64,000 nucleotides of DNA from a virus (taxonomy: Duplodnaviria > Caudoviricetes), in the IMG/VR virus record IMGVR_UViG_3300028886_000042, one strand, 5' to 3'. Both the position numbers and the translations under genes were made by a program. Positions 1 to 9,170 of this stretch are shown one piece after another (the stretch's first letter is position 1; every line of letters starts with the position of its first letter). The notes below the pieces were generated by a model. That model saw nothing but the letters and a program-made list of their open reading frames with translations, had not been told where the DNA came from and searched no databases.

Positions 1-984
1 AGCCTTAACAACGGGAATTAAATCCTTAATCCAGTATCTGCTGTCTTTTTCAGATAAATCCTCGTCAATAACAAACAGTTTATCATTCAGTGTTGCAAAA
101 CCGTTCTTGACCTTAACAGTTTCCTTATAATCATGCTTTTCTATTTCCCTCATCAAAGATACCGTAGATAAGTTATTTGTGAAATAGAAACAGTTATTGA
201 CGGTAAATGTTTTCAAAGGACGTGTTGCGATGTAGTCAATATCCTTATATTCTGAATTGAACCTGTACAGTGTTATACCTTCATCCTCTTCCTTACCGTT
301 GTCAATTTCGGTAATCATAGTAAATGTAGTTGAATTCGGGAACACTTTTTCATGACCCAGTACGATGACATCAGACAGCTTGTTATTGTCTATAAGATAT
401 TTTCTGAATGTTTTTCCCGCCAAACTTGAAGTCCATGAACTTGGTGTAATATAGATAAGCTTACCGTTTTCTGACAACATGCTTATCCCGGCTTCAAAAA
501 ACGCAAGATAAGTGTCAGCCATTCCGTCACTTGTAAAGGAAAACGATTTTATAATTCCGTAATTTTCGCCGAAATCATGCACATTTACATACGGTGGGTT
601 TCCTACTACATAATCCATATTTTTATAGTATTCAACACCTTCGGTAAGTGCATCTGCATTAATGATATCCCACTCAACACCGGTAACACCATATTCAGAA
701 GCAACCTTGTCCAAATTTCTGATTGTTTCTTCGTAGCATTCCATGTCAATCTCGATACCATGTATATATGTTGACAGTTCTTCCTTTAGTTCTGAAACAC
801 TGTTAAAAATATTATACTTAAAAGCCTGACAATATCTTCTGACAACTTCTGTAAGAAATGCACCTTTTCCACAACTGTTGTCGATTATATGCCTTAGAAG
901 TATATCAGAAGGATTTTTGTAGCCGACCTTGTCAAGCATAAGCTTAACCATCCACTCAGGGGTAAATACCTTTTCGTTATGCAT
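1..984 (-). CDS. N6-adenine DNA methyltransferase (Eco57I/TaqI-like), 3' end beyond the window edge
   Basis: Manual translation from ATG at 984: MHNEKVFTPEWMV...IIDNSCGKGAFL (motif I)...MDYVVGNPPYV (motif IV NPPY)...GKLIYITPSSW. Open to position 1; missing from the ORF track. Confidence 0.88.
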   Translation of the reverse strand, partial: MHNEKVFTPEWMVKLMLDKVGYKNPSDILLRHIIDNSCGKGAFLTEVVRRYCQAFKYNIFNSVSELKEELSTYIHGIEIDMECYEETIRNLDKVASEYGVTGVEWDIINADALTEGVEYYKNMDYVVGNPPYVNVHDFGENYGIIKSFSFTSDGMADTYLAFFEAGISMLSENGKLIYITPSSWTSSLAGKTFRKYLIDNNKLSDVIVLGHEKVFPNSTTFTMITEIDNGKEEDEGITLYRFNSEYKDIDYIATRPLKTFTVNNCFYFTNNLSTVSLMREIEKHDYKETVKVKNGFATLNDKLFVIDEDLSEKDSRYWIKDLIPVVKA

Positions 985-990
985 GTATTG

Positions 991-1920
991 TTATATTAAT
1001 TTAGGCAGTTGTTCTTTATGTTGTATGAAACTGTTTCCGAATGACAGATATTCGTAGGCTATTTTAGGAATGTATCTGTTTATTTTATTTTCCAAAGAAT
1101 TATACTTATTATGAAAATATCTGATAAAATCCTTATATGTCCTAAAAGTCAGTTCAGACAAATCAGATACAGTGTATAATATATGGTTCTGTGTATCTTT
1201 GTCTCTTATGGTTGAAAAATAGTTAATGTATTCTTTTATAACAGAATATCTTTGGTATATGTCGGTCTGTTTAAGAAAATCTACTATTTCACTTATATTG
1301 AAAAAATGTCTGTCCGTATTTTCCAACTCTCCCTTTATCTGTGACAGATGCGCATTAACCTCAAAATCAGTCAGATAATAAATTGTGTAGGATATGTATT
1401 TGTCAATCTGAGAATAATCACCTTTTAAAACATTCTTATAATAGCCGGTATCAAGGATTTTCTGTTTCAGACTTCCTTTCCCCTTAATTCTACGGTTGTA
1501 GTCCTCATATGCATGTGTAAGTTTATGCATAATGTCAACCGTTATATTTTCCGATGCTACATTAACAGTCAGCATTAACGGTGAAAATTTCCTTTTTCCG
1601 TTGCATAGTATAATTTCAGATTCGGGGTTATAAGAAGCACATGTATCTGAATATTCATCTGAATATAGAATAACAGAAAACGAGTTTATCCAACTGAAAT
1701 TATTAATTGTCAGCTTAATAACCTTTGATTCGCCGTTTTTTATCTGTTCTTCCTTAATCCTATCTGTTATCCGCTTTGCTATGTTATAACATCCACCGAA
1801 AACACCATAGGATTCATTGAGTTCAGACTGTGATAATTTTGAATTATGCTCGTTCAGAAATTTCAAACCTTTTCTGTAGTAGAACTCGATGAACACATGA
1901 GTTGAGAAACTGTCAGCCAT
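991..1920 (-). CDS. Gluzincin-like metallopeptidase paralog with degenerate HKxxH motif
   Basis: IMHKLTHAYEDY...EVNAHLSQI; paralogous to 3715..4635. Likely start MADSF at 1920 (ORF track starts at 1944). Confidence 0.6.
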   Translation of the reverse strand: MADSFSTHVFIEFYYRKGLKFLNEHNSKLSQSELNESYGVFGGCYNIAKRITDRIKEEQIKNGESKVIKLTINNFSWINSFSVILYSDEYSDTCASYNPESEIILCNGKRKFSPLMLTVNVASENITVDIMHKLTHAYEDYNRRIKGKGSLKQKILDTGYYKNVLKGDYSQIDKYISYTIYYLTDFEVNAHLSQIKGELENTDRHFFNISEIVDFLKQTDIYQRYSVIKEYINYFSTIRDKDTQNHILYTVSDLSELTFRTYKDFIRYFHNKYNSLENKINRYIPKIAYEYLSFGNSFIQHKEQLPKLI

Positions 1921-1924
1921 GAAG

Positions 1925-3589
1925 TTAGATTTCAATATCCTCAATAATCTTTATCAGAGCATCCATACCTATAGTATTTGACTTAATAGTATCGAAGATA
2001 TGCTCACTCCAACCGCAGATATTAAGAATACGCTGGCTTCTGTGAAATACGGAGTTACCCTTAACCTGTCGTAAGTTACATACGATAAAGTTACACGTCG
2101 GATTAATTTTCTTGAACTCCTTGAACAGTTCCTGAAATCCGTAACTACGTTCTTCACTTGATTCGCCGTACCATGATGTAGAGGCGTTTTCACCAAGCTG
2201 ACAGTCAGAGAAAACTATGACATTGTCAATCTTCTTCTTTTCACGTATCGCTTTGCGCATAAACTGATACATTCCTGATTCAGTACTACCACCGCAAATA
2301 CCACCGGTACTGTCGAGGTAACTGGCAAAATCAAGCATTCTCTTTGTACGGTCAACACTTACATTTATCAGTCTGTCACCGAAAAGGCCGATATATATGT
2401 CCTTCTGCTTCCAACCTAACATAGCAGCAAACAGATGGCCGATTGAAGAGGTGTGTGTTTTTGAGAATGCTGATACACGTGAATGATTAAAATTGTCGCT
2501 CTGCATAGAACCGCTGTCGTCGCAAAGTAGGTAAATATTACCATCTAATTCAGGAATATTCTCGCATGCATATTCAAGAGCATCTTCAAGTGCGTTAAGT
2601 ACCTTTTCCTTGATATCATCGAATTCCTCCTCAGAAACCTTCATTTCAGTTTTTTCACTTTCCAGTGCTATAGAAGAAATGGGGTCTTCTGTTTCATATT
2701 TCATTCTCTCGATTTCACTATAAGCAGTAGCGAATCTGAATGGAAGGAGTTTTGAATTAATAATCTTTTCCTTTGTTGTGAGTTGTGAAATAGCATCATC
2801 GATACGGTTTGGTGCATATATGATGATATTACGCAGGTTACGCAGCAAATTAAATATAGGCATACCCTTTACGTTGTCAAGGACAGCTGAAATAGCCTCT
2901 TCTTTGGCTTTGGCCTTTTCTTCTTCGGTTTCAGCCGATTGACCTGACTTTGACATTTCCTTTTCAAGGATTTTGCTGTCATACAGCCCTTCAAGCGATT
3001 CTCCGTTCATGAGACGCTTGTATGCTTCACTGTTTTTCTCAGAAGGTGTAGGATGCAGTAGGTTTACAAGGTCGATAAGGCTTACCTGTCTCCTTTTCAT
3101 CTTGTACTTGTCAATCTGATAGGCATCAAAGTTTTCGAGTGCAGCCTTAAATCCCTTCTTCATGGAATTAGGTATCTTACGAAGGGATTTGTTGGACAGT
3201 TCCATGTCATTCAGTTTACCGTAGCATGACAGTATTTCGGACAAATCATCCGGACGAACTATTAGTTTTTTATAGAATCTTGCAGCGTACCCTTGCCCTG
3301 AGATATACTTCGCCAAAGCAGCACCGAGAAGATGGCTTGAAGAGCGCATCTTACCCTCGTTTCTTGTATATAGTGCCAGCTTAGCAACAAAAAGAGGGTC
3401 AACCTTCTCGATACACTTAAGGATTCTGTCAATTATTTCAGATTCCTGCTCATAGTAGGAATCTTGTATGAACGTCGTTAAAACCGTTTGAACAAGCTCT
3501 TCTTTGGGCGATAATTCAAACGCTCTCTCATTCATTTCGTTAATCACTGTTGGTTTCACGCTCTCTTTCTTATCGTTAAACTTTGCCAT
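1925..3589 (-). CDS. TROVE-domain (Ro60/Rsr-like) RNA-binding protein with C-terminal vWA domain
   Basis: LALYTRNEGKMRS, DAYQIDKYK, DLVNLLHPTP, NLLRNLRNI, LPFRFATAY; vWA MIDAS-like CDDSGSM and VIVFSDCQ. Confidence 0.9.
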   Translation of the reverse strand: MAKFNDKKESVKPTVINEMNERAFELSPKEELVQTVLTTFIQDSYYEQESEIIDRILKCIEKVDPLFVAKLALYTRNEGKMRSSSHLLGAALAKYISGQGYAARFYKKLIVRPDDLSEILSCYGKLNDMELSNKSLRKIPNSMKKGFKAALENFDAYQIDKYKMKRRQVSLIDLVNLLHPTPSEKNSEAYKRLMNGESLEGLYDSKILEKEMSKSGQSAETEEEKAKAKEEAISAVLDNVKGMPIFNLLRNLRNIIIYAPNRIDDAISQLTTKEKIINSKLLPFRFATAYSEIERMKYETEDPISSIALESEKTEMKVSEEEFDDIKEKVLNALEDALEYACENIPELDGNIYLLCDDSGSMQSDNFNHSRVSAFSKTHTSSIGHLFAAMLGWKQKDIYIGLFGDRLINVSVDRTKRMLDFASYLDSTGGICGGSTESGMYQFMRKAIREKKKIDNVIVFSDCQLGENASTSWYGESSEERSYGFQELFKEFKKINPTCNFIVCNLRQVKGNSVFHRSQRILNICGWSEHIFDTIKSNTIGMDALIKIIEDIEI

Positions 3590-3654
3590 AGAATCACTGT
3601 TTAATTTGTTGTTATTAAAAGAAAAATTATCTCTGTCTGTATGTTTTTCGACTG

Positions 3655-3662
3655 CAAAGATA
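3655..3662 (-). promoter_or_regulatory. Bacteroidetes-type -7 promoter element (TATCTTTG) upstream of the TROVE gene
   Basis: Matches TAnnTTTG. Similar sites at 4652(-), 6405(+), 14539(-), 17058(+), 24616(+), 26501(-), 33212(+), 37100(+), ~43977(-), 44262(+), ~51986(+). Confidence 0.7.
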
Positions 3663-3714
3663 CAACCTTTTTATAATATACCAAAATTTCTGAAGTTAAT
3701 TTTTGTTAATTCAG

Positions 3715-4635
3715 TTATAAACCTATATTTTTATCTATTCTTTTGTTTGGGTTAGGTGACAGAACTTCATCTAATTTAAGATATTTGCATATGTATTTAG
3801 GAAGTGTTTCGCTTAATTTGTGTTTGCATTTAGAGCATTTATTTTCAAGCCATTTTATAAATGCCTTATACTCAGAAAACGTATATCTTCCGTATTTATT
3901 TGCATAGGTCAGTATCTTATTCTGACGTTCCTTGTCTGTTATTTCAGACAGTTTATCAGCGGCGGTAAATATATCCTTATAATTCTGATATGTTACGGTA
4001 TTCTTGATAAAATCCATGATATCATTAACCGTTCCGAAACTTTTTATGTTACAGGAACCGAGTTCTCCGCTTATCTGAGACAGATATGCACCTCTCTCGA
4101 ATTCATTTAGAAAATTCAATACATATACAACCCTTGCCTCGTCAATATCCTTATAAACAGTTAAGGTCTGTTTGAAATAATTTGATTTTTCGAGTTCGTT
4201 TCTTAGCGTTTTTCCTTTCAGTCTAAGTTTATAGTCCTGATAAGCATGTGTAAGTTCATGCATAATAACGCCTAAACCTGTATTTTTACCAGTGTTTATC
4301 CTTATTTCGATTTCATCGAACTTATTACCCGTGAATTTGCTTTTTTCGGGATTATACTCACCGGAACTCGAATCAGATTCCGTATTTCTTATTATATGTA
4401 CTATATTGACGAACTGATTGAACAACGGTACGTACAGTTCTTTTGAATCAGGGTATGCAGATATTTCGTTAGCTATCTTCTTTGCATCTTCCTCGCATGA
4501 CTTGTATACTCCGTAGTTCTCGAAAATCAGTTCAGTACCCTTTATAAGATGTTCTCTTATAAACATCCTGCCAGGTCTGTAGAAGTATTCCAGAAAAACA
4601 TGCGATGCCAAATCCGATAGTATATTATCTGTCAT
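3715..4635 (-). CDS. Gluzincin-like zinc metallopeptidase (HExxH)
   Basis: VIMHELTHAYQDY plus a downstream third-ligand-like ERGAYLSQI. Confidence 0.65.
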   Translation of the reverse strand: MTDNILSDLASHVFLEYFYRPGRMFIREHLIKGTELIFENYGVYKSCEEDAKKIANEISAYPDSKELYVPLFNQFVNIVHIIRNTESDSSSGEYNPEKSKFTGNKFDEIEIRINTGKNTGLGVIMHELTHAYQDYKLRLKGKTLRNELEKSNYFKQTLTVYKDIDEARVVYVLNFLNEFERGAYLSQISGELGSCNIKSFGTVNDIMDFIKNTVTYQNYKDIFTAADKLSEITDKERQNKILTYANKYGRYTFSEYKAFIKWLENKCSKCKHKLSETLPKYICKYLKLDEVLSPNPNKRIDKNIGL

Positions 4636-4740
4636 TTATCTGTTTTTTCGGCAAATATACTGCTTTATTGTGTATATGTAAAGTTAAATATTGTCAAAGT
4701 TTGGAAAATGCATGATATTTATATTAAAAGTTTTTTTGTT

Positions 4741-5151
4741 ATGGAATTAAGACAGATAACAGATATAATTTTCAGACTATACTTGTATGCAGATTTGACG
4801 AAGAAGATACACTATTCGACTGACAGTAATCATGCACATGAGATGTGTGACAAAATCAGGAATACGATAGTTGACTTTGCAGATGAGCTGGCAGAGGAAA
4901 CATTCGGATATTACGGAAAGCCTTCATACAGTGACTTGCCCAGTATTAACAGCCTTGAAATTAATGAGACGGATGATTTGGGCGAACTGTGTTCAAGGGC
5001 TTCAGAAACGGTTGACATACTCCGTACCGAGTTCAATAAAAACGAAAAACTCTCAGGAATTGTTTCTGTGATAGATGACTATAAGGGTGATATGCAGAAG
5101 AATATATTTCTGTGTTCATTTGACAAGGTTTCAAGTTATAAGGAAAAATAA
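4741..5151 (+). CDS. Ferritin/Dps-like four-helix protein (DUF5856-like)
   Basis: KKIHYSTDSNHAHEMCD...DFADELAEETFG pattern; TATTTAT at 4716-4722 supports the start at 4741. Confidence 0.65.
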   Translation: MELRQITDIIFRLYLYADLTKKIHYSTDSNHAHEMCDKIRNTIVDFADELAEETFGYYGKPSYSDLPSINSLEINETDDLGELCSRASETVDILRTEFNKNEKLSGIVSVIDDYKGDMQKNIFLCSFDKVSSYKEK

Positions 5152-5175
5152 TCAGTTTTAACAATATAGTTTCCG

Positions 5176-5307
5176 ATGGGTTGTAATTGTGGTTCTAAAA
5201 AGTTGGCTACACAGCCGAAGAAGATAATAAAAACACCGTCACATACGGTAGTGAAAAGCGGCGGTAATACATCCGTTCGTAGGGTAATAAGAAGGGTTGT
5301 ACGTTAG
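5176..5307 (+). CDS. 43-aa basic CxC peptide (MGCNCGSKK...RRVIRRVVR)
   Basis: Manual translation ATG 5176 to TAG 5307; fills the intergenic gap and is followed by a terminator; below the ORF-track cutoff. Confidence 0.7.
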   Translation: MGCNCGSKKLATQPKKIIKTPSHTVVKSGGNTSVRRVIRRVVR

Positions 5308-5326
5308 TCTGTACAACCCATTTTTT
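5294..5326 (+). terminator. Rho-independent terminator
   Basis: GGGTTGTAC-8nt-GTACAACCC followed by a T-tract. Confidence 0.75.
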
Positions 5327-5330
5327 CGTA

Positions 5331-5984
5331 TTATTCAGTAATCGGACTTGCTGTTAAGTCAAGTGTATCGACTTTGTATTTACACTGTTTTAGTATAGCA
5401 TTTGCAGTTTTAGTGGCTTCCTCCTTTGCGGTCTCCTTGAAAATTTCTGATATTTGTTCATCAGTCAGAAACTGTTGTGTACCATTTAGTGAAACTGAAA
5501 CGACCCTTATTTTCTTTCCGATAAGCGTATCATCATCATATTCACTTTCAGTTACGAACTTAGGATTTGATTTCCTGATATCATTAACTGAATAGCCGTT
5601 TCTTATTAACGTTTTCGTAGCATTCTTGAGTTCATTAATGTATCTGTCAACAAACGTTGCAGATTCATCACCGTGAAGTCCTACGGTAGGATTGAATTCG
5701 GAACCGTCGTATTTGTCACCGTCATCGATATAGTTCTGAAGCCATAAGTATTTTGTTTTTACTTCAGTTAACAGCGTTTGTCCGTCGTATTCCTTATATT
5801 CGATTTTAATATGAGGGAAGATAGTCGCAAGTTGCTCTTCCGGTTTTAATTTTTCTTCTTTTGTTCCGTCAGACCAAGGTGCCAGTCCGCATTCGTCCTT
5901 ATCCTGTATGCTCGAAATGGCGTAGATTATACTATTCTGAACGAAATAATACCATTTATAGAAATCCTTATTGTAATTAGCCAT
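5331..5984 (-). CDS. Hypothetical late protein
   Basis: 217-aa ORF; TATTTAT on - strand at 6006-6012. Confidence 0.7.
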   Translation of the reverse strand: MANYNKDFYKWYYFVQNSIIYAISSIQDKDECGLAPWSDGTKEEKLKPEEQLATIFPHIKIEYKEYDGQTLLTEVKTKYLWLQNYIDDGDKYDGSEFNPTVGLHGDESATFVDRYINELKNATKTLIRNGYSVNDIRKSNPKFVTESEYDDDTLIGKKIRVVSVSLNGTQQFLTDEQISEIFKETAKEEATKTANAILKQCKYKVDTLDLTASPITE

Positions 5985-6020
5985 ATTTTTTAAGTTTAAG
6001 TATATATAAATAATAGATGT

Positions 6021-6344
6021 TTACCTTCTTATTTCAAAAGAATATTGTATAACATTATTGGTTTCATCAGACCAACACACCGAAATATATGTTTCACCCA
6101 TTTTAAAAGTACTTATCATTCGTGTACCTCCCTCAGATGCCGAGCCTACCGCTTCTTGGTCAACCATTTTATACCCTTTACTTGACAAGTAATTAAACAT
6201 TTCTTGCTTATCCGTCGGTTGCTCCATTCTATTCATTGCATGAAGATAGAGGTTGTATGATGACTCTTTAAGTATTTTATTTACGCTTTCTTTTACGATT
6301 CTGCGTAAATTTGACTCCGTAAGTTTTATTTGTTGTTTCTTCAT
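6021..6344 (-). CDS. Small protein with LTES-type N-terminal leader (putative internal head protein)
   Basis: MKKQQIKLTESNLRRIVKESVNKILKES; TATTTAT at 6364-6370 (-). Confidence 0.7.
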   Translation of the reverse strand: MKKQQIKLTESNLRRIVKESVNKILKESSYNLYLHAMNRMEQPTDKQEMFNYLSSKGYKMVDQEAVGSASEGGTRMISTFKMGETYISVCWSDETNNVIQYSFEIRR

Positions 6345-6435
6345 AATATTCAGTTATTTAACAATAAATAGCATTAGAAGTTTATTTGTTACGTAAAAAA
6401 GTAGTATATTTGCACGTGATAAGGATAATTATGAA
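6344..6435. repeat. 92-bp divergent promoter module, copy 1 (inverted copy at 43953..44044)
   Basis: Manual alignment gives 85/92 identity; carries TATTTAT in one direction and TATATTTG in the other. Confidence 0.9.
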
Positions 6436-6643
6436 TAAGATGAGACACAATTTAAGCGAGAGTTATCTTCAGTCGCTGACTGAGCAACAAAGAATTGACG
6501 AGATGAGCCAATGGTCTGCAAGTGAATGGCAGCAGTACTATTGTCCCAATGGTACGATAACATTGGATGAATTCTTTGATGAAATATATAATAACGTAGA
6601 AAAAACTATTTCAGAGAAATATGGTGGTGATAGTGTCTGCTGA
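6431..6643 (+). CDS. Small acidic protein, putative antitoxin
   Basis: 70 aa from ATG 6431; overlaps the downstream RelE/ParE-like ORF; follows a TAnnTTTG promoter. Confidence 0.45.
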   Translation: MNKMRHNLSESYLQSLTEQQRIDEMSQWSASEWQQYYCPNGTITLDEFFDEIYNNVEKTISEKYGGDSVC

Positions 6644-7022
6644 TGTACGTAATAGCATAAGTGAATACACGAATGCTCTGACGAAATATCCTATAACAAT
6701 TGAAAGGGCGCGTCAGAAAATTGGCAATATGAAATCTGCATTACAAGCATTGGGTACTGCCATTTCAACACTGTCAGTATGCATGAACAAGGATTTGTTG
6801 CAGTCATTTGATAGCAATGGCAATCCAATGAATAAGAATCTGAAACGTTTCAACTACAAGGATGAAAGTGGTTTCCAATGGGCATTTGCTTGTTTGTATG
6901 ATTACGATAATGACACTATCACCATTCTGAAAATGATGGCAGCGTCATTGGTAAAGGAGTGCATTAGTGAATCGGTACGTCCGATATTGGAGTTCAATGA
7001 TAGACTAATGGCTATAAGATAA
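6621..7022 (+). CDS. RelE/ParE-like toxin-fold protein (putative)
   Basis: N-terminal strand plus two helices (VIVSADVRNSISEY...ARQKIGNMKSALQAL) then a beta-meander (LKRFNYK...WAFACLYD...TITILKM); size and gene pairing fit a type II TA module. Confidence 0.45.
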   Translation: MVVIVSADVRNSISEYTNALTKYPITIERARQKIGNMKSALQALGTAISTLSVCMNKDLLQSFDSNGNPMNKNLKRFNYKDESGFQWAFACLYDYDNDTITILKMMAASLVKECISESVRPILEFNDRLMAIR

Positions 7023-7149
7023 ATTAACTGAAATTGTTATCGGGGACAAGTAGTATATCATTCCATATAATTATCAGAAAAAAAAACGCCGGAAAAAATA
7101 CATTTCTCCGGCGAAAAAAAAATAACAATCTAAAAAAAATGGAAAAAAA

Positions 7150-8331
7150 TTATCTCTTATAGAATTCATCCCAAACTTCATCAGTCAGTCCACTGTCAAG
7201 GATTACAATCTTGTTCTCGTTATATCTTCTTACCATTCCGTAATTGTGTAATACCGTTAAATCACCGTATGGAGCATTATAGTTTAACATGTAATCGTAA
7301 ATATCATACAGTGTACGGTTGTTTTCAATCAGTTCATTAAGCCTGTTATCATCCATTTTAGGTAATGTAACTCTCCTCGTATACATTGAAGCTGCCTTTG
7401 CGATAAACATTACGAAATCATTCCAACTTATTCCTAGACACTGTTTGAAATCCTCTTCCTTCGCAGGTAATACATATTCAGCCAGGAGCCATTTACCGTC
7501 AGGGTCGTTGTCGTAAACCTTTGGAAAACAGTCAAGTTCTTCCTTGTAATAATCCACCTCATTATCGTTCTGTGCTATGCCGGCATTGTTTTTTGCAAGT
7601 TTTACACAAAGTTGGTCGTTATACTGATAGACTACTCTCGATGAGCCGTTGCCTATTCTTATTCCTAAATGTTGGTCACAGTATTTTAACCGTTGGGAAA
7701 AATTCGGAAGGGATGACAGAGTCTGAAAAGAAAACTCTCCGTCCTTTGCCTCAGTCAGCCTTATTATATCTTCGTTTGTCCTTAATACGAGTTTTGAAGG
7801 CTGTAGGTTTTCTATGGGTTTCGGCTTAAGTATATTCCATGTATTTCCTCCGTCAAGAGAAAACTCCCAGAATGTTTTTGACATGTGTCCTGTGCGTTTT
7901 GATATTTTCTCAAAGGTTTCTGAAGTAATAGTTCTGTATATAACTGATTTTCCGTTTCTCCTTGCACCTCCGTTCAGTGTGTCTATGGCACGTCTGAGTT
8001 CCTTTTCGCCTGCTGCACCGCTTCCGAAAAGATTAAGTGTCGATTCGATTGAATCGTTTCCGAAATTCTTGATTTTATATATAATCAGCTTATTGTCAGG
8101 TACTACGATGTTCTTGTCTGTTACAAAATTAGCACCGTTATTGTCAAATGTAGATACCTGTGATACGACATCCTGATTAGAATGTCCTCCGTTATCGGCG
8201 AACAGCGGATTGTCACCGAGATGCTTTCTTACATTCGAGCGTGTATTCAACGGTGTTATGCTTCCATCATAACGTCCTTCATTTATGACTTCCCTGACAA
8301 TGCTTTCAATAAGTTTTTTCAAGTTTTCCAT
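7150..8331 (-). CDS. Two-domain protein with C-terminal protein-kinase-like domain
   Basis: IGNGSSRVVY (Gly loop), CVKLAK, NDNE, FPKVYD, GDLTVLHNYG (catalytic loop), IVILDSG. Start MENLKKLIESIVREVINE at 8331, after TATTTAT at 8351-8357. Confidence 0.75.
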   Translation of the reverse strand: MENLKKLIESIVREVINEGRYDGSITPLNTRSNVRKHLGDNPLFADNGGHSNQDVVSQVSTFDNNGANFVTDKNIVVPDNKLIIYKIKNFGNDSIESTLNLFGSGAAGEKELRRAIDTLNGGARRNGKSVIYRTITSETFEKISKRTGHMSKTFWEFSLDGGNTWNILKPKPIENLQPSKLVLRTNEDIIRLTEAKDGEFSFQTLSSLPNFSQRLKYCDQHLGIRIGNGSSRVVYQYNDQLCVKLAKNNAGIAQNDNEVDYYKEELDCFPKVYDNDPDGKWLLAEYVLPAKEEDFKQCLGISWNDFVMFIAKAASMYTRRVTLPKMDDNRLNELIENNRTLYDIYDYMLNYNAPYGDLTVLHNYGMVRRYNENKIVILDSGLTDEVWDEFYKR

Positions 8332-8411
8332 AAAAATTATCTGATATACAATAAATATAGACTGAAAAGAGAAAAACAGTGCATATTTATTATTAAATAA
8401 GATTATAGGAA

Positions 8412-8741
8412 ATGGGTAATTATAACGAATACGGATATGACGAGGGCATGTATACACTTACAATACCTGAAGAAGCAAGGGACAAGTGGAGTGCATGGAA
8501 GAAGGAAACCCGTGAATGGAGGGAGTATATAGAAGGTCATATTGATGACAAGCATGCCGAAACGCAGTCACATGTTACAAACGAGGCCAACCGCGAGATA
8601 AACGAGATTAAGAATTCGATAGTATCTTCACGCGACTATGTTGTTGACGTAGTAAATACACGGTCTAATGAAATTAAGAGCAAGATTGACTCAAGCCGTA
8701 CAGTGATTGACAATATATGGAATGCTGTCAAGAATTTCTAA
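8412..8741 (+). CDS. Hypothetical late protein
   Basis: 109-aa helical ORF; TATTTAT at 8384-8390. Confidence 0.7.
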   Translation: MGNYNEYGYDEGMYTLTIPEEARDKWSAWKKETREWREYIEGHIDDKHAETQSHVTNEANREINEIKNSIVSSRDYVVDVVNTRSNEIKSKIDSSRTVIDNIWNAVKNF

Positions 8742-8780
8742 AGTAGAAAATAAGAAGTGATATAAACAACGGAAACTGAA

Positions 8781-9170
8781 ATGCCTAGAACATACAGACC
8801 ATACGAATATGACTATGATACGCCTTATTACGGACGAACGACTGTTATTGAGAATTATCTGAACAAGAAGTTCAGTGAAATATCAGTTGACCCGGATGAG
8901 ATAAGGGAGGTTATCGAGTCCTCAGTAAGCGAGTCACTTGGTGATGTAGACTGCAAGTTCTGTTCTGTACATCATCATATAGAGCGGGCCAAGAATGAGA
9001 TAATCGAACATGAGGGTTGCGGATGCAACTGTAATCTGGCTACAAAGGAGGATATAGCAAATGCAGTTACACAGATAAACACGCATACAGATGAGAAGTT
9101 CAATGACGTGGATTTCCTCAGTCATTTCGAAGACCTCAATCAGAAATTAGCAAATTTGAATAATCATTAA
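8781..9170 (+). CDS. Hypothetical protein
   Basis: 129-aa ORF co-oriented with its neighbours; Cys/His-rich patches. Confidence 0.7.
   Translation: MPRTYRPYEYDYDTPYYGRTTVIENYLNKKFSEISVDPDEIREVIESSVSESLGDVDCKFCSVHHHIERAKNEIIEHEGCGCNCNLATKEDIANAVTQINTHTDEKFNDVDFLSHFEDLNQKLANLNNH

Noticed and set aside
5152-5330. Possible Y RNA near the TROVE gene (5' ATGGGTTGTA can pair with 3' TACAACCCAT; several small hairpins)
   Set aside because: The region is fully explained by a 43-aa ORF (MGCNCG...) plus a terminator; no tRNA-like T-arm or clear Ro-binding bulged helix.
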